From: Escherichia coli
GTDB lineage: Bacteria; Pseudomonadota; Gammaproteobacteria; Enterobacterales; Enterobacteriaceae
Assembly (NCBI RefSeq): GCF_044324875.1
Contig: NZ_CP172185.1
DNA length: 64,000 nucleotides
Reading direction: 5' to 3' (one strand)
Below the pieces are notes generated by a model. It did no database searches. It saw nothing but the letters and a program-made list of their open reading frames with translations, and was not told the origin of the DNA. This document shows, one piece after another, positions 11,263-20,973 of this stretch. Every line of letters begins with the position of its first letter. Position 1 is the first letter of the stretch. Position numbers and translations under genes: made by a program.

Positions 11263-13416
11263 ATGCTAAGTCCTTTGCTCAAACGCTATACCTGGAACAG
11301 CGCCTGGCTGTATTACGCGCGTATTTTTATTGCGCTTTGTGGAACCACAGCGTTTCCGTGGTGGCTGGGTGATGTAAAACTGACGATTCCGCTGACGCTG
11401 GGGATGGTGGCAGCGGCGCTGACCGATCTCGATGACCGGCTGGCGGGACGTTTGCGTAACCTCATCATTACGCTGTTCTGCTTTTTTATCGCCTCGGCCT
11501 CAGTAGAATTGCTGTTTCCCTGGCCCTGGCTATTTGCAATTGGTTTAACGCTCTCTACCAGCGGCTTCATTTTGCTCGGCGGTCTGGGTCAACGCTATGC
11601 AACAATTGCCTTCGGTGCGTTACTGATCGCCATTTACACTATGTTGGGGACGTCACTGTATGAGCACTGGTATCAGCAGCCGATGTATCTGCTGGCCGGT
11701 GCCGTCTGGTACAACGTCCTGACACTTATTGGTCATCTACTGTTCCCGGTCCGCCCGCTGCAGGACAACCTGGCGCGTTGCTATGAACAACTGGCGCGTT
11801 ACCTTGAGCTCAAGTCGCGCATGTTTGATCCTGATATTGAAGATGAAAGCCAGGCACCGCTGTACGATTTGGCTCTCGCCAACGGTCAGCTGATGGCGAC
11901 ATTGAATCAGACGAAACTCTCGCTGCTGACCCGCTTACGTGGCGATCGTGGTCAACGGGGAACGCGTCGCACGCTGCATTATTACTTCGTCGCGCAGGAT
12001 ATTCACGAGCGTGCCAGCTCTTCTCATATTCAGTATCAAACATTGCGTGAACATTTTCGCCACAGCGACGTGCTGTTCCGTTTTCAGCGGCTGATGTCGA
12101 TGCAGGGCCAGGCGTGCCAGCAACTGTCACGCTGTATTTTGTTGCGTCAGCCTTATCAACATGATCCGCATTTCGAGCGCGCTTTTACGCATATTGATGC
12201 TGCGCTGGAGCGGATGCGCGATAACGGCGCACCTGCCGATTTACTCAAAACACTGGGATTTTTGCTGAACAATTTACGCGCCATTGATGCCCAACTGGCA
12301 ACAATTGAATCAGAACAGGCCCAGGCACTGCCCCATAATAATGACGAAAATGAGCTCGCTGATGACAGCCCGCACGGATTGAGTGATATCTGGCTGCGTC
12401 TTAGCCGTCACTTCACGCCGGAATCCGCCCTCTTCCGTCATGCGGTAAGAATGTCGCTGGTGTTGTGCTTCGGCTACGCCATCATTCAGATAACCGGAAT
12501 GCATCACGGGTATTGGATCTTGCTGACAAGTTTGTTTGTCTGCCAGCCAAACTATAACGCCACGCGCCACCGCCTGAAGTTAAGGATTATTGGTACGCTG
12601 GTAGGTATCGCCATTGGGATTCCTGTGCTGTGGTTTGTACCGTCACTGGAAGGGCAACTTGTGCTACTGGTTATTACCGGCGTGCTCTTTTTTGCCTTCC
12701 GTAATGTGCAATACGCCCATGCAACGATGTTCATCACACTTTTGGTGCTACTGTGTTTTAACTTGCTGGGTGAAGGTTTTGAAGTGGCGTTACCTCGCGT
12801 AATCGATACGCTGATTGGTTGTGCCATTGCGTGGGCGGCAGTGAGCTACATCTGGCCTGACTGGAAGTTTCGCAATCTGCCGCGCATGCTCGAACGTGCC
12901 ACCGAGGCCAACTGTCGCTATCTCGATGCCATACTGGAGCAATACCATCAGGGGCGTGATAACCGTCTGGGGTATCGTATTGCCCGCCGCGATGCACACA
13001 ACCGTGATGCTGAACTGGCGTCGGTGGTATCAAATATGTCCAGCGAGCCGAACGTTACCCCGCAAATTCGCGAGGCCGCGTTTCGGTTGCTGTGCCTTAA
13101 CCATACGTTTACCAGCTATATCTCAGCCCTCGGTGCTCACCGGGAGCAGTTAACTAATCCTGAAATTCTGGCGTTTCTTGATGACGCAGTTTGCTATGTT
13201 GATGACGCGCTACATCATCAACCTGCTGATGAAGAACGCGTCAATCAGGCATTAGCTGGCCTGAAACAGCGAATGCAGCAACTTGAACCGCGGGCAGACA
13301 GCAAAGAACCTCTGGTCGTACAACAAGTCGGGTTATTGATTGCATTACTGCCAGAGATTGGTCGTCTGCAACGCCAGATTACTCAAGTTCCGCAGGAAAC
13401 TCCTGTTTCGGCGTAA
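11263..13416 (+). CDS. yccS: Inner membrane protein YccS (YccS/YhfK family)
   Basis: Large multi-pass membrane ORF; start taken at MLSPLLKRYTWNS (alternative ATG at 11254 gives 720 aa). Confidence 0.88.
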   Translation: MLSPLLKRYTWNSAWLYYARIFIALCGTTAFPWWLGDVKLTIPLTLGMVAAALTDLDDRLAGRLRNLIITLFCFFIASASVELLFPWPWLFAIGLTLSTSGFILLGGLGQRYATIAFGALLIAIYTMLGTSLYEHWYQQPMYLLAGAVWYNVLTLIGHLLFPVRPLQDNLARCYEQLARYLELKSRMFDPDIEDESQAPLYDLALANGQLMATLNQTKLSLLTRLRGDRGQRGTRRTLHYYFVAQDIHERASSSHIQYQTLREHFRHSDVLFRFQRLMSMQGQACQQLSRCILLRQPYQHDPHFERAFTHIDAALERMRDNGAPADLLKTLGFLLNNLRAIDAQLATIESEQAQALPHNNDENELADDSPHGLSDIWLRLSRHFTPESALFRHAVRMSLVLCFGYAIIQITGMHHGYWILLTSLFVCQPNYNATRHRLKLRIIGTLVGIAIGIPVLWFVPSLEGQLVLLVITGVLFFAFRNVQYAHATMFITLLVLLCFNLLGEGFEVALPRVIDTLIGCAIAWAAVSYIWPDWKFRNLPRMLERATEANCRYLDAILEQYHQGRDNRLGYRIARRDAHNRDAELASVVSNMSSEPNVTPQIREAAFRLLCLNHTFTSYISALGAHREQLTNPEILAFLDDAVCYVDDALHHQPADEERVNQALAGLKQRMQQLEPRADSKEPLVVQQVGLLIALLPEIGRLQRQITQVPQETPVSA

Positions 13417-14008
13417 GAGAGTCAGCCCATTCTGCAAGCTCCTGGCGGCGTGCCACCGGGAGCGCAGCTTCATGAATGCCGATAATGGCCCCTTCAAGCA
13501 TAAACAGAATCTTTTCTGTCACCAGACTGTTTTGCTGCCGCAGTCGCAACCAACACATTTTTGCCCCAAGTATACGTAACGCCCGTACATCCTTAATCCC
13601 CACCTCCCCGAGAATCGCTTCCAGATGAAAAGACATATTGGGCAAATCTTTCAGTCTTTCCCGGGTATTGCGCGTGCTTTTCTCTTTCAGCGCTGCATCG
13701 AGAGAATATTTCGACAGACGCACCAGCTTCAGTTGATTTCGCCATAGACTTTCATCAACCCGATAGTAATTGAGGGTAACGGATCGGCCACACTTTTTAT
13801 ATGTCAGCCAAACAGGCGGATGTTTTACACAGTACTGTGCACTTTGCTCACAAGCCCGAAGATACAACTCACCATCAGAAACCATCGCAAACACCGTGTC
13901 GTCAACGGTCAGGCTGTAACTACCAAACAATGATCGGTATTCAATTGTGCCCAACGTTGCCAGGTATTCTTGTGATTTATAGATCCGCTTATAGGAGAGG
14001 CTTTTCAT
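13379..14008 (-). CDS. sxy: Competence regulator Sxy/TfoX
   Basis: 209-aa ORF MKSLSYKRIYKSQEYLATLG; 3' end overlaps the 3' end of yccS by about 38 bp. Confidence 0.9.
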   Translation of the reverse strand: MKSLSYKRIYKSQEYLATLGTIEYRSLFGSYSLTVDDTVFAMVSDGELYLRACEQSAQYCVKHPPVWLTYKKCGRSVTLNYYRVDESLWRNQLKLVRLSKYSLDAALKEKSTRNTRERLKDLPNMSFHLEAILGEVGIKDVRALRILGAKMCWLRLRQQNSLVTEKILFMLEGAIIGIHEAALPVARRQELAEWADSLTPKQEFPAELE

Positions 14009-14184
14009 AAAATTCCTTTTAAAATCATAACATGAAAGAATGATTCACATTAACGGATCCGTTAACTACGAAAATAGGCAACTTATTCTTAAGGGGCAAG
14101 ATTAATTTATGTTTTCCCGTCACCAACGACAAAATTTGCGAGGCTCTTTCCGAAAATAGAGTTGATCTTTGTCGTCACTGGATG

Positions 14185-14204
14185 TACTGTACATTCATAC
14201 AGTA
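14185..14204 (+). promoter_or_regulatory. LexA (SOS) box in the sulA promoter
   Basis: TACTGTACATTCATACAGTA, a near-perfect CTGT-N8-ACAG palindrome about 23 bp upstream of the sulA ATG. Confidence 0.85.
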
Positions 14205-14226
14205 ACTCACAGGGGCTGGATTGATT

Positions 14227-14736
14227 ATGTACACTTCAGGCTATGCACATCGTTCTTCGTCGTTCTCATCCGCAGCAAGTAAAATTGCGCGTGTCTCTAC
14301 GGAAAACACTACAGCCGGGCTTATCAGTGAAGTTGTCTATCGCGAAGATCAGCCCATGATGACGCAACTTCTACTGTTGCCATTGTTACAGCAACTCGGT
14401 CAGCAATCGCGCTGGCAACTTTGGTTAACACCGCAACAAAAACTGAGTCGCGAATGGGTTCAGGCATCTGGGCTACCCTTAACGAAAGTAATGCAGATTA
14501 GCCAGCTCTCCCCTTGCCACACCGTGGAGTCAATGGTTCGCGCTTTACGCACGGGCAATTACAGCGTGGTGATCGGTTGGTTGGCAGATGATTTGACTGA
14601 AGAAGAGCATGCTGAACTTGTTGATGCGGCAAATGAAGGTAACGCTATGGGGTTTATTATGCGTCCGGTAAGTGCATCCTCTCACGCCACGAGACAACTT
14701 TCCGGGCTAAAAATTCACTCTAATTTGTATCATTAA
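14227..14736 (+). CDS. sulA: SOS cell-division inhibitor SulA
   Basis: 169-aa product [23 protein letters not shown]; LexA box immediately upstream. Confidence 0.92.
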
Positions 14737-14924
14737 GTAAATTTAGGATTAATCCTGGAACTTTTTTTGTCGCCCAGCCAATGCTTTCAGTCGTGACTAA
14801 TTTTCCTTGCGGAGGCTTGTCTGAAGCGGTTTCCGCGATTTTCTTCTGTAAATTGTCGCTGACAAAAAAGATTAAACGTACCTTATACAAGACTTTTTTT
14901 TCATATGCCTGACGGAGTTCACAC

Positions 14925-15092
14925 TTGTAAGTTTTCAACTACGTTGTAGACTTTACATCGCCAGGGGTGCTCGGCATAAGCCGAAGATATCGGTAGAGTT
15001 AATATTGAGCAGATCCCCCGGTGAAGGATTTAACCGTGTTATCTCGTTGGAGATATTCATGGCGTATTTTGGATGATAACGAGGCGCAAAAA
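14925..15092 (+). promoter_or_regulatory. ompA promoter (TTGTAA-16 bp-TAGACT) and long 5' UTR
   Basis: -35/-10-like hexamers at about 14925 and 14947; about 132 nt leader GCCAGGGGUGCUCGGCAUAAGCC... before the ATG; the ompA leader is a known Hfq/MicA target. Confidence 0.7.
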
Positions 15093-16145
15093 ATGAAAAA
15101 GACAGCTATCGCGATTGCAGTGGCACTGGCTGGTTTCGCTACCGTAGCGCAGGCCGCTCCGAAAGATAACACCTGGTACACTGGTGCTAAACTGGGCTGG
15201 TCCCAGTACCATGACACTGGTTTTATTCCTAACAATGGTCCGACCCACGAAAACCAACTGGGTGCAGGTGCTTTTGGTGGTTACCAGGTTAACCCGTATG
15301 TTGGCTTTGAAATGGGTTACGACTGGTTAGGTCGTATGCCGTACAAAGGCGACAACATCAACGGCGCATACAAAGCTCAGGGCGTTCAGCTGACCGCTAA
15401 ACTGGGTTACCCAATCACTGACGATCTGGACATCTACACTCGTCTGGGTGGTATGGTATGGCGTGCAGACACCAAGGCTAACGTACCTGGTGGCGCATCT
15501 TTTAAAGACCACGACACCGGCGTTTCTCCGGTTTTCGCTGGCGGTGTTGAGTACGCGATCACTCCTGAAATCGCTACCCGTCTGGAATACCAGTGGACCA
15601 ACAACATCGGTGACGCACACACCATCGGTACTCGTCCGGACAACGGCATGCTGAGCCTGGGTGTTTCCTACCGTTTCGGTCAGGGCGAAGCAGCTCCAGT
15701 AGTTGCTCCGGCTCCAGCTCCGGCACCGGAAGTACAGACCAAGCACTTCACTCTGAAGTCTGACGTTCTGTTCACCTTCAACAAAGCAACCCTGAAACCA
15801 GAAGGTCAGGCTGCTCTGGATCAGCTGTACAGCCAGCTGAGCAACCTGGATCCGAAAGACGGTTCCGTAGTTGTTCTGGGTTACACTGACCGCATCGGTT
15901 CTGACGCTTACAACCAGGGTCTGTCCGAGCGCCGTGCTCAGTCTGTTGTTGATTACCTGATCTCCAAAGGTATCCCGGCAGACAAGATCTCCGCACGTGG
16001 TATGGGCGAATCCAACCCGGTTACTGGCAACACCTGTGACAACGTGAAACAGCGTGCTGCACTGATCGACTGCCTGGCTCCGGATCGTCGCGTAGAGATC
16101 GAAGTTAAAGGCATCAAAGACGTTGTAACTCAGCCGCAGGCTTAA
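15093..16145 (+). CDS. ompA: Outer membrane protein A
   Basis: Signal peptide [21 protein letters not shown], beta-barrel domain, APAPAP hinge, C-terminal peptidoglycan-binding domain; variant external loops. Confidence 0.95.
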   Translation: MKKTAIAIAVALAGFATVAQAAPKDNTWYTGAKLGWSQYHDTGFIPNNGPTHENQLGAGAFGGYQVNPYVGFEMGYDWLGRMPYKGDNINGAYKAQGVQLTAKLGYPITDDLDIYTRLGGMVWRADTKANVPGGASFKDHDTGVSPVFAGGVEYAITPEIATRLEYQWTNNIGDAHTIGTRPDNGMLSLGVSYRFGQGEAAPVVAPAPAPAPEVQTKHFTLKSDVLFTFNKATLKPEGQAALDQLYSQLSNLDPKDGSVVVLGYTDRIGSDAYNQGLSERRAQSVVDYLISKGIPADKISARGMGESNPVTGNTCDNVKQRAALIDCLAPDRRVEIEVKGIKDVVTQPQA

Positions 16146-16159
16146 GTTCTCGTCTGGTA

Positions 16160-16188
16160 AAAAACCCCGCTGCTGCGGGGTTTTTTTT
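16160..16188 (+). terminator. ompA rho-independent terminator
   Basis: AAAAACCCCGC-tgct-GCGGGGTTTTTTTT. Confidence 0.8.
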
Positions 16189-16900
16189 GTGCACAGAAAA
16201 CCCCCAGCTAGGCTGGGGGTTCCGGAAAGCTTTCAGCTTTGAGCCAGTTATTAAAACCCCTTTTGATTTGTTAAAACACCTTGCGGTCTGGCAACTGCAA
16301 GTGTCAAACAAGAAATCAAAAGGGGGTCCCAATGGGGAACGAAAAGAGCTTAGCGCACACCCGATGGAACTGTAAATATCACATAGTATTTGCGCCAAAA
16401 TACCGAAGACAGGTGTTCTACAGAGAGAAGCGTAGAGCAATAGGCTGTATTTTGAGAAAGCTGTGTGAGTGGAAAAGTGTACGGATTCTGGAAGCTGAAT
16501 GCTGTGCAGATCATATCCATATGCTTGTGGAGATCCCGCCCAAAATGAGCGTATCAGGCTTTATGGGATATCTGAAAGGGAAAAGCAGTCTGATGCTTTA
16601 CGAGCAGTTTGGTGATTTGAAATTCAAATACAGGAACAGGGAGTTCTGGTGCAGAGGGTATTACGTCGATACGGTGGGTAAGAACACGGCGAAGATACAG
16701 GATTACATAAAGCACCAGCTTGAAGAGGATAAAATGGGAGAGCAGTTATCGATTCCCTATCCGGGCAGCCCGTTTACGGGCCGTAAGTAACGAAGTTGGA
16801 TGCAAATGTCAGATCGTGTGCGCCTGTTAGGGCGCGGCTGGTAAGAGAGCCTTATAGGCGCATTTGAAAAACCTCCGGCTATGCCGGAGGATATTTATTC
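16189..16900 (+). mobile_element. IS200-family insertion sequence, copy 1 (about 712 bp)
   Basis: Identical to the copies at 48635..49346 and 55755..56466; left end GTGCACAGAAAACCCCCAGCTAGGCTGGGGG hairpin, right end CCTCCGGCTATGCCGGAGGATATTTATTC; single tnpA; no target duplication. Confidence 0.9.
16332..16790 (+). CDS. tnpA: IS200 transposase TnpA (Y1 HUH family)
   Basis: 152-aa product MGNEKSLAHTRWNCKYHIVFAPKYRR...HIHMLVEIPP, with the HxH motif and catalytic Tyr region typical of IS200/IS605 TnpA. Confidence 0.92.
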   Translation: MGNEKSLAHTRWNCKYHIVFAPKYRRQVFYREKRRAIGCILRKLCEWKSVRILEAECCADHIHMLVEIPPKMSVSGFMGYLKGKSSLMLYEQFGDLKFKYRNREFWCRGYYVDTVGKNTAKIQDYIKHQLEEDKMGEQLSIPYPGSPFTGRK

Positions 16901-16931
16901 GTCTTTAGAAAATTGAACTGACTTTCGTCAG

Positions 16932-17384
16932 TTATTCCTTACCCAGCAATGCCTGCAGATCCTGCTTCAAAGAAGACATTTTATTCGCGTATTTCTCTTT
17001 GTTTTCCGCATCTTCAATCAGCTGAACAATCGTTTCAGAAAGCGTTTTACCGCGACGCTGCGCAAGACCAGCCAGACGTTGCCAGACAATAAATTCCAGA
17101 TCGATCGATTTTTTGCGCGTATGCTGGTGTTCCGCATTAAAATGGCGCTTCCGTCTGGCCCGAATGGTTTGCTTCATGCGATTGACCAGTTCCGGATTCA
17201 TATGCTTGTCAATCCAGCCATTTACCAGCACGGGTTCATTTTCCAGCGAGAGCAACACATCGACGGCTTCCTGGGCGGCACTGGCTTCTATGTAACGGGT
17301 GATTAACTCCCCTTCGCGATGCTTCTTCACCAGATACTTCCATTTCCAACCGCTTTCAAGATTTTCAAGTTGTTGATATTTCAT
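16932..17384 (-). CDS. matP: Macrodomain Ter protein MatP
   Basis: 150-aa [38 protein letters not shown]. Confidence 0.9.
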
Positions 17385-17569
17385 AGCGATCTCAATGTTA
17401 CCGTGTAACTCTTTACAGAATATCAGCTTTTTAGGCCAGTGAAGAAAAGAATCTCCATCCTGTGAGCTTTAACGCCCATGCCAGGAGTATTGTCGGTGCT
17501 TTCTACGTGTGCTGCAGTGCCGGTTACGGTATAATCGCGGCTTTGACAACAGACTAAAAAACATCAACT

Positions 17570-19330
17570 TTGACCATTACGAAACTTGCATGGCGTGACC
17601 TGGTTCCTGATACCGATAGCTATCAGGAAATATTTGCTCAGCCACATTTGATTGACGAAAACGATCCTTTATTCAGTGATACTCAACCGCGACTACAATT
17701 TGCGCTGGAGCAGTTGCTGCATACGCGAGCATCCTCCTCTTTTATGCTGGCGAAGGCCCCGGAAGAGTCTGAGTATCTGAATCTTATTGCCGATGCCGCG
17801 CGTGCGCTACAAAGCGATGCAGGCCAACTGGTGGGCGGTCACTATGAGGTTTCCGGGCACACCATCCGCTTACGTAACGCAGTGAGTGCAGATGATAATT
17901 TTGCGACTTTAACGCAAGTTGTCGCTGCCGACTGGGTAGAAGCGGAGCAACTCTTTGGCTGCCTGCGCCAGTTTAATGGCGACATTACCCTGCAGCCAGG
18001 TCTGGTGCATCAGGCAAATGGCGGTATTCTCATCATCTCTTTGCGTACACTGCTGGTGCAACCTCTGCTGTGGATGCGGCTGAAAAATATCGTTAACCGC
18101 GGGCGTTTTGACTGGGTTGCGTTTGATGAGTCGCGCCCTCTCCCCGTCTCTGTGCCTTCGATGCCATTGAAGCTGAAAGTCATTCTGGTAGGCGAACGCG
18201 AATCATTGGCTGATTTCCAGGAGATGGAACCAGAGCTTTCAGAGCAGGCTATTTATAGCGAATTTGAAGATACTCTGCAGATTGTCGATACGGAGTCAGT
18301 AAGCCAGTGGTGTCGCTGGGTAACATTGACCGCAAGACATAATCACTTACCTGCACCGGGAGCGGATGCCTGGCCGGTACTTATCCGCGAAGCAGCCCGC
18401 TACACCGGTGAACAAGAAACACTTCCGCTTAGCCCGCAGTGGATCCTCCGCCAGTGTAAAGAGGTCGCCTCCCTGTGCGATGGCGACACCTTCTCCGGCG
18501 AGCAGATAAACTTAATGCTACAGCAGCGTGAATGGCGCGAAGGTTTCCTCGCTGAACGCATGCAGGATGAGATTCTTCAGGAGCAAATCCTGATTGAAAC
18601 CGAAGGCGAACGCATCGGGCAAATTAACGCCCTTTCGGTCATTGAATTTCCGGGTCATCCACGCGCTTTTGGCGAACCTTCTCGCATTAGCTGCGTTGTG
18701 CATATTGGCGATGGTGAATTCACCGACATCGAACGCAAAGCGGAGCTTGGCGGCAATATCCATGCGAAAGGGATGATGATCATGCAGGCGTTCCTGATGT
18801 CGGAACTACAGCTTGAGCAACAGATCCCCTTCTCAGCATCGCTGACATTTGAGCAGTCATACAGTGAAGTGGATGGCGATAGTGCCTCGATGGCTGAACT
18901 CTGCGCCCTGATAAGCGCCCTCGCCGATGTGCCGGTGAATCAGAGTATCGCTATCACAGGTTCAGTCGATCAGTTCGGTCGTGCCCAGCCGGTCGGTGGT
19001 TTAAATGAGAAAATCGAAGGCTTCTTTGCTATTTGCCAGCAACGTGAGTTAACCGGGAAACAAGGTGTCATTATCCCCACTGCTAACGTTCGCCATTTAA
19101 GTCTTCCCAGTGAACTGTTGAAAGCGGTAGAGGAAGGCAAATTCACCATCTGGGCAGTAGACGATGTGACTGACGCACTGCCGTTATTATTAAATCTGGT
19201 GTGGGATGGCGAAGGCCAAACGACGCTGATGCAAACCATCCAGGAACGTATCGCGCAAGCATCGCAACAGGAAGGACGTCACCGTTTTCCATGGCCATTA
19301 CGTTGGCTGAACTGGTTTATTCCGAACTGA
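17570..19330 (+). CDS. ycbZ: Putative Lon-like protease
   Basis: 586-aa ORF with C-terminal Lon protease S16 domain ([14 protein letters not shown]). Confidence 0.88.
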
Positions 19331-19360
19331 TCGGACTTGTTCAGCGTACACGTGTTAGCT
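19325..19360 (+). promoter_or_regulatory. fabA promoter operators: FadR box plus FabR palindrome
   Basis: AACTGATCGGACTTGTT (FadR consensus-like) overlapping the ycbZ stop, followed by AGCGTACACGTGTTAGCT centred on CACGTG. Confidence 0.6.
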
Positions 19361-19398
19361 ATCCTGCGTGCTTCAATAAAATAAGGCTTACAGAGAAC

Positions 19399-19917
19399 AT
19401 GGTAGATAAACGCGAATCCTATACAAAAGAAGACCTTCTTGCCTCTGGTCGCGGTGAACTGTTTGGCGCTAAAGGTCCGCAATTGCCAGCACCGAACATG
19501 CTGATGATGGACCGTGTGGTCAAAATGACCGAAACGGGTGGTAACTTCGACAAAGGGTATGTTGAAGCAGAACTGGATATCAATCCGGATCTGTGGTTCT
19601 TCGGATGCCACTTCATTGGCGATCCGGTTATGCCGGGATGCCTGGGCCTGGACGCAATGTGGCAGCTGGTAGGGTTCTACCTCGGCTGGCTGGGCGGCGA
19701 AGGTAAAGGCCGCGCGCTGGGCGTTGGCGAAGTGAAATTCACCGGTCAGGTACTGCCGACAGCGAAAAAAGTGACCTACCGTATTCACTTTAAACGCATT
19801 GTTAACCGTCGTCTGATTATGGGCCTGGCGGATGGCGAAGTGCTGGTTGATGGTCGTTTGATCTATACCGCCAGCGACCTGAAAGTCGGTCTGTTCCAGG
19901 ATACGTCTGCCTTCTGA
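19399..19917 (+). CDS. fabA: 3-hydroxydecanoyl-ACP dehydratase/isomerase
   Basis: 172-aa product [23 protein letters not shown]; ORF 19201..19917 is an upstream extension. Confidence 0.93.
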
Positions 19918-19944
19918 TTATAATCAGACATAGTATCAAAAGGC

Positions 19945-19975
19945 GAAACCTCCGCAATGCGGAGGTTTCTTTTTA
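19945..19975. terminator. Bidirectional terminator between fabA and rmf
   Basis: AAACCTCCGC-aat-GCGGAGGTTT with flanking A/T runs. Confidence 0.7.
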
Positions 19976-19986
19976 AAGAGACAGAA

Positions 19987-20154
19987 TCAGGCCATTACTA
20001 CCCTGTCCGCCATGGCTTCTCGCCAGCCTCCCAGCCATTGTGACCTTTGATTCAGCGTCTGATAGGGACACATTTCTTTTGAGCGTCCGGCGATGCCGGC
20101 CTGATAACCACGTTGATGTGCCCGTTCCAGGCGATCTCGTTTTTGTCTCTTCAT
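19987..20154 (-). CDS. rmf: Ribosome modulation factor
   Basis: 55-aa product MKRQKRDRLERAHQRGYQAGIAGRSKEMCPYQ read from the reverse complement; below the ORF-track length cutoff. Confidence 0.85.
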   Translation of the reverse strand: MKRQKRDRLERAHQRGYQAGIAGRSKEMCPYQTLNQRSQWLGGWREAMADRVVMA

Positions 20155-20409
20155 GCCTCGTTTCCCTCATACTGGTTTCTGGTGGAAAAGAAAACAGTGA
20201 TTACTAAATGTGCAATCACAGTTAAGCAATACCGCGAATCATAACTGCCGTCAATGCGCAAAATTCACGCCACTGTCATATTTGTGAGCTACACGGGCAT
20301 GTCGGTTGTACAAAAAATGTGAAGAGGAACAACTTTTTCCGCAAGTTAGAAACAAAAAAACCGCCTCAGGCAACATACCGGAGACGGTTATATTTACAAA
20401 TCTTTATGA

Positions 20410-20973
20410 TTACGGTAGACGCTTTATCTCTTGCGCAATAGAAGCGGCTTCCTGACTCCAGACACTGGCCAGCACTTTAACCATTTCATCGTAACCATCC
20501 TGAGTTTGCACCCCTTCCAGACGGAACGGACGTTTGATCAGTTGTCCCTGGTGGTTCAACAGCCACTCACCACTGACAATGACCTTGCCATCATATCGCC
20601 CGTTAAACTCCGTTACGGTAACATTGAGCGTATCCTGGGCGCTTCCCAGAGGCTGGGAGGCAACCACCCAGCCGGGCAGTTGCGTGCTCAGGTTGGCAAC
20701 CAGAGTGTTGCGCAACTGTTGATCCAACGGGCTGGCCCACAAGTTGTTGTTGGCAATCACATACTTCACATCACTGGTTTGATAAACCACACCATTCCCC
20801 GCCAGATAGTCAGGAACAGTGACCTGCTCTACCCATAACAGGCGATTACCCTGGCTGGCGGTACTTTGTGTACCGCTCTGCACCACAGGTAACTGGTAAT
20901 AGTTTTTATTAATTTCGCCGGAGCTGCATCCGGCCAGCCACAGTGCTGCAATCGTCACTAGCCACTTTTTCAT
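20410..20973 (-). CDS. pqiC: Paraquat-inducible lipoprotein PqiC
   Basis: 187-aa ORF with lipobox LAGC; overlaps pqiB stop by 4 bp. Confidence 0.88.
   Translation of the reverse strand: MKKWLVTIAALWLAGCSSGEINKNYYQLPVVQSGTQSTASQGNRLLWVEQVTVPDYLAGNGVVYQTSDVKYVIANNNLWASPLDQQLRNTLVANLSTQLPGWVVASQPLGSAQDTLNVTVTEFNGRYDGKVIVSGEWLLNHQGQLIKRPFRLEGVQTQDGYDEMVKVLASVWSQEAASIAQEIKRLP

Noticed and set aside
16114-16440. 108-aa ORF on the minus strand spanning the IS200 copy-1 left end (103 and 95 aa in the other copies)
   Set aside because: Length differs between copies because the ORF extends into unrelated flanking DNA. More consistent with a non-coding antisense region than a gene.
20355-20395. Possible terminator or small RNA between rmf and pqiC
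   Set aside because: The imperfect hairpin CCGCCTCAGG...CCGGAGACGG with an A-run is most simply the minus-strand terminator of pqiABC. The stem is imperfect and there is no evidence of an independent gene.
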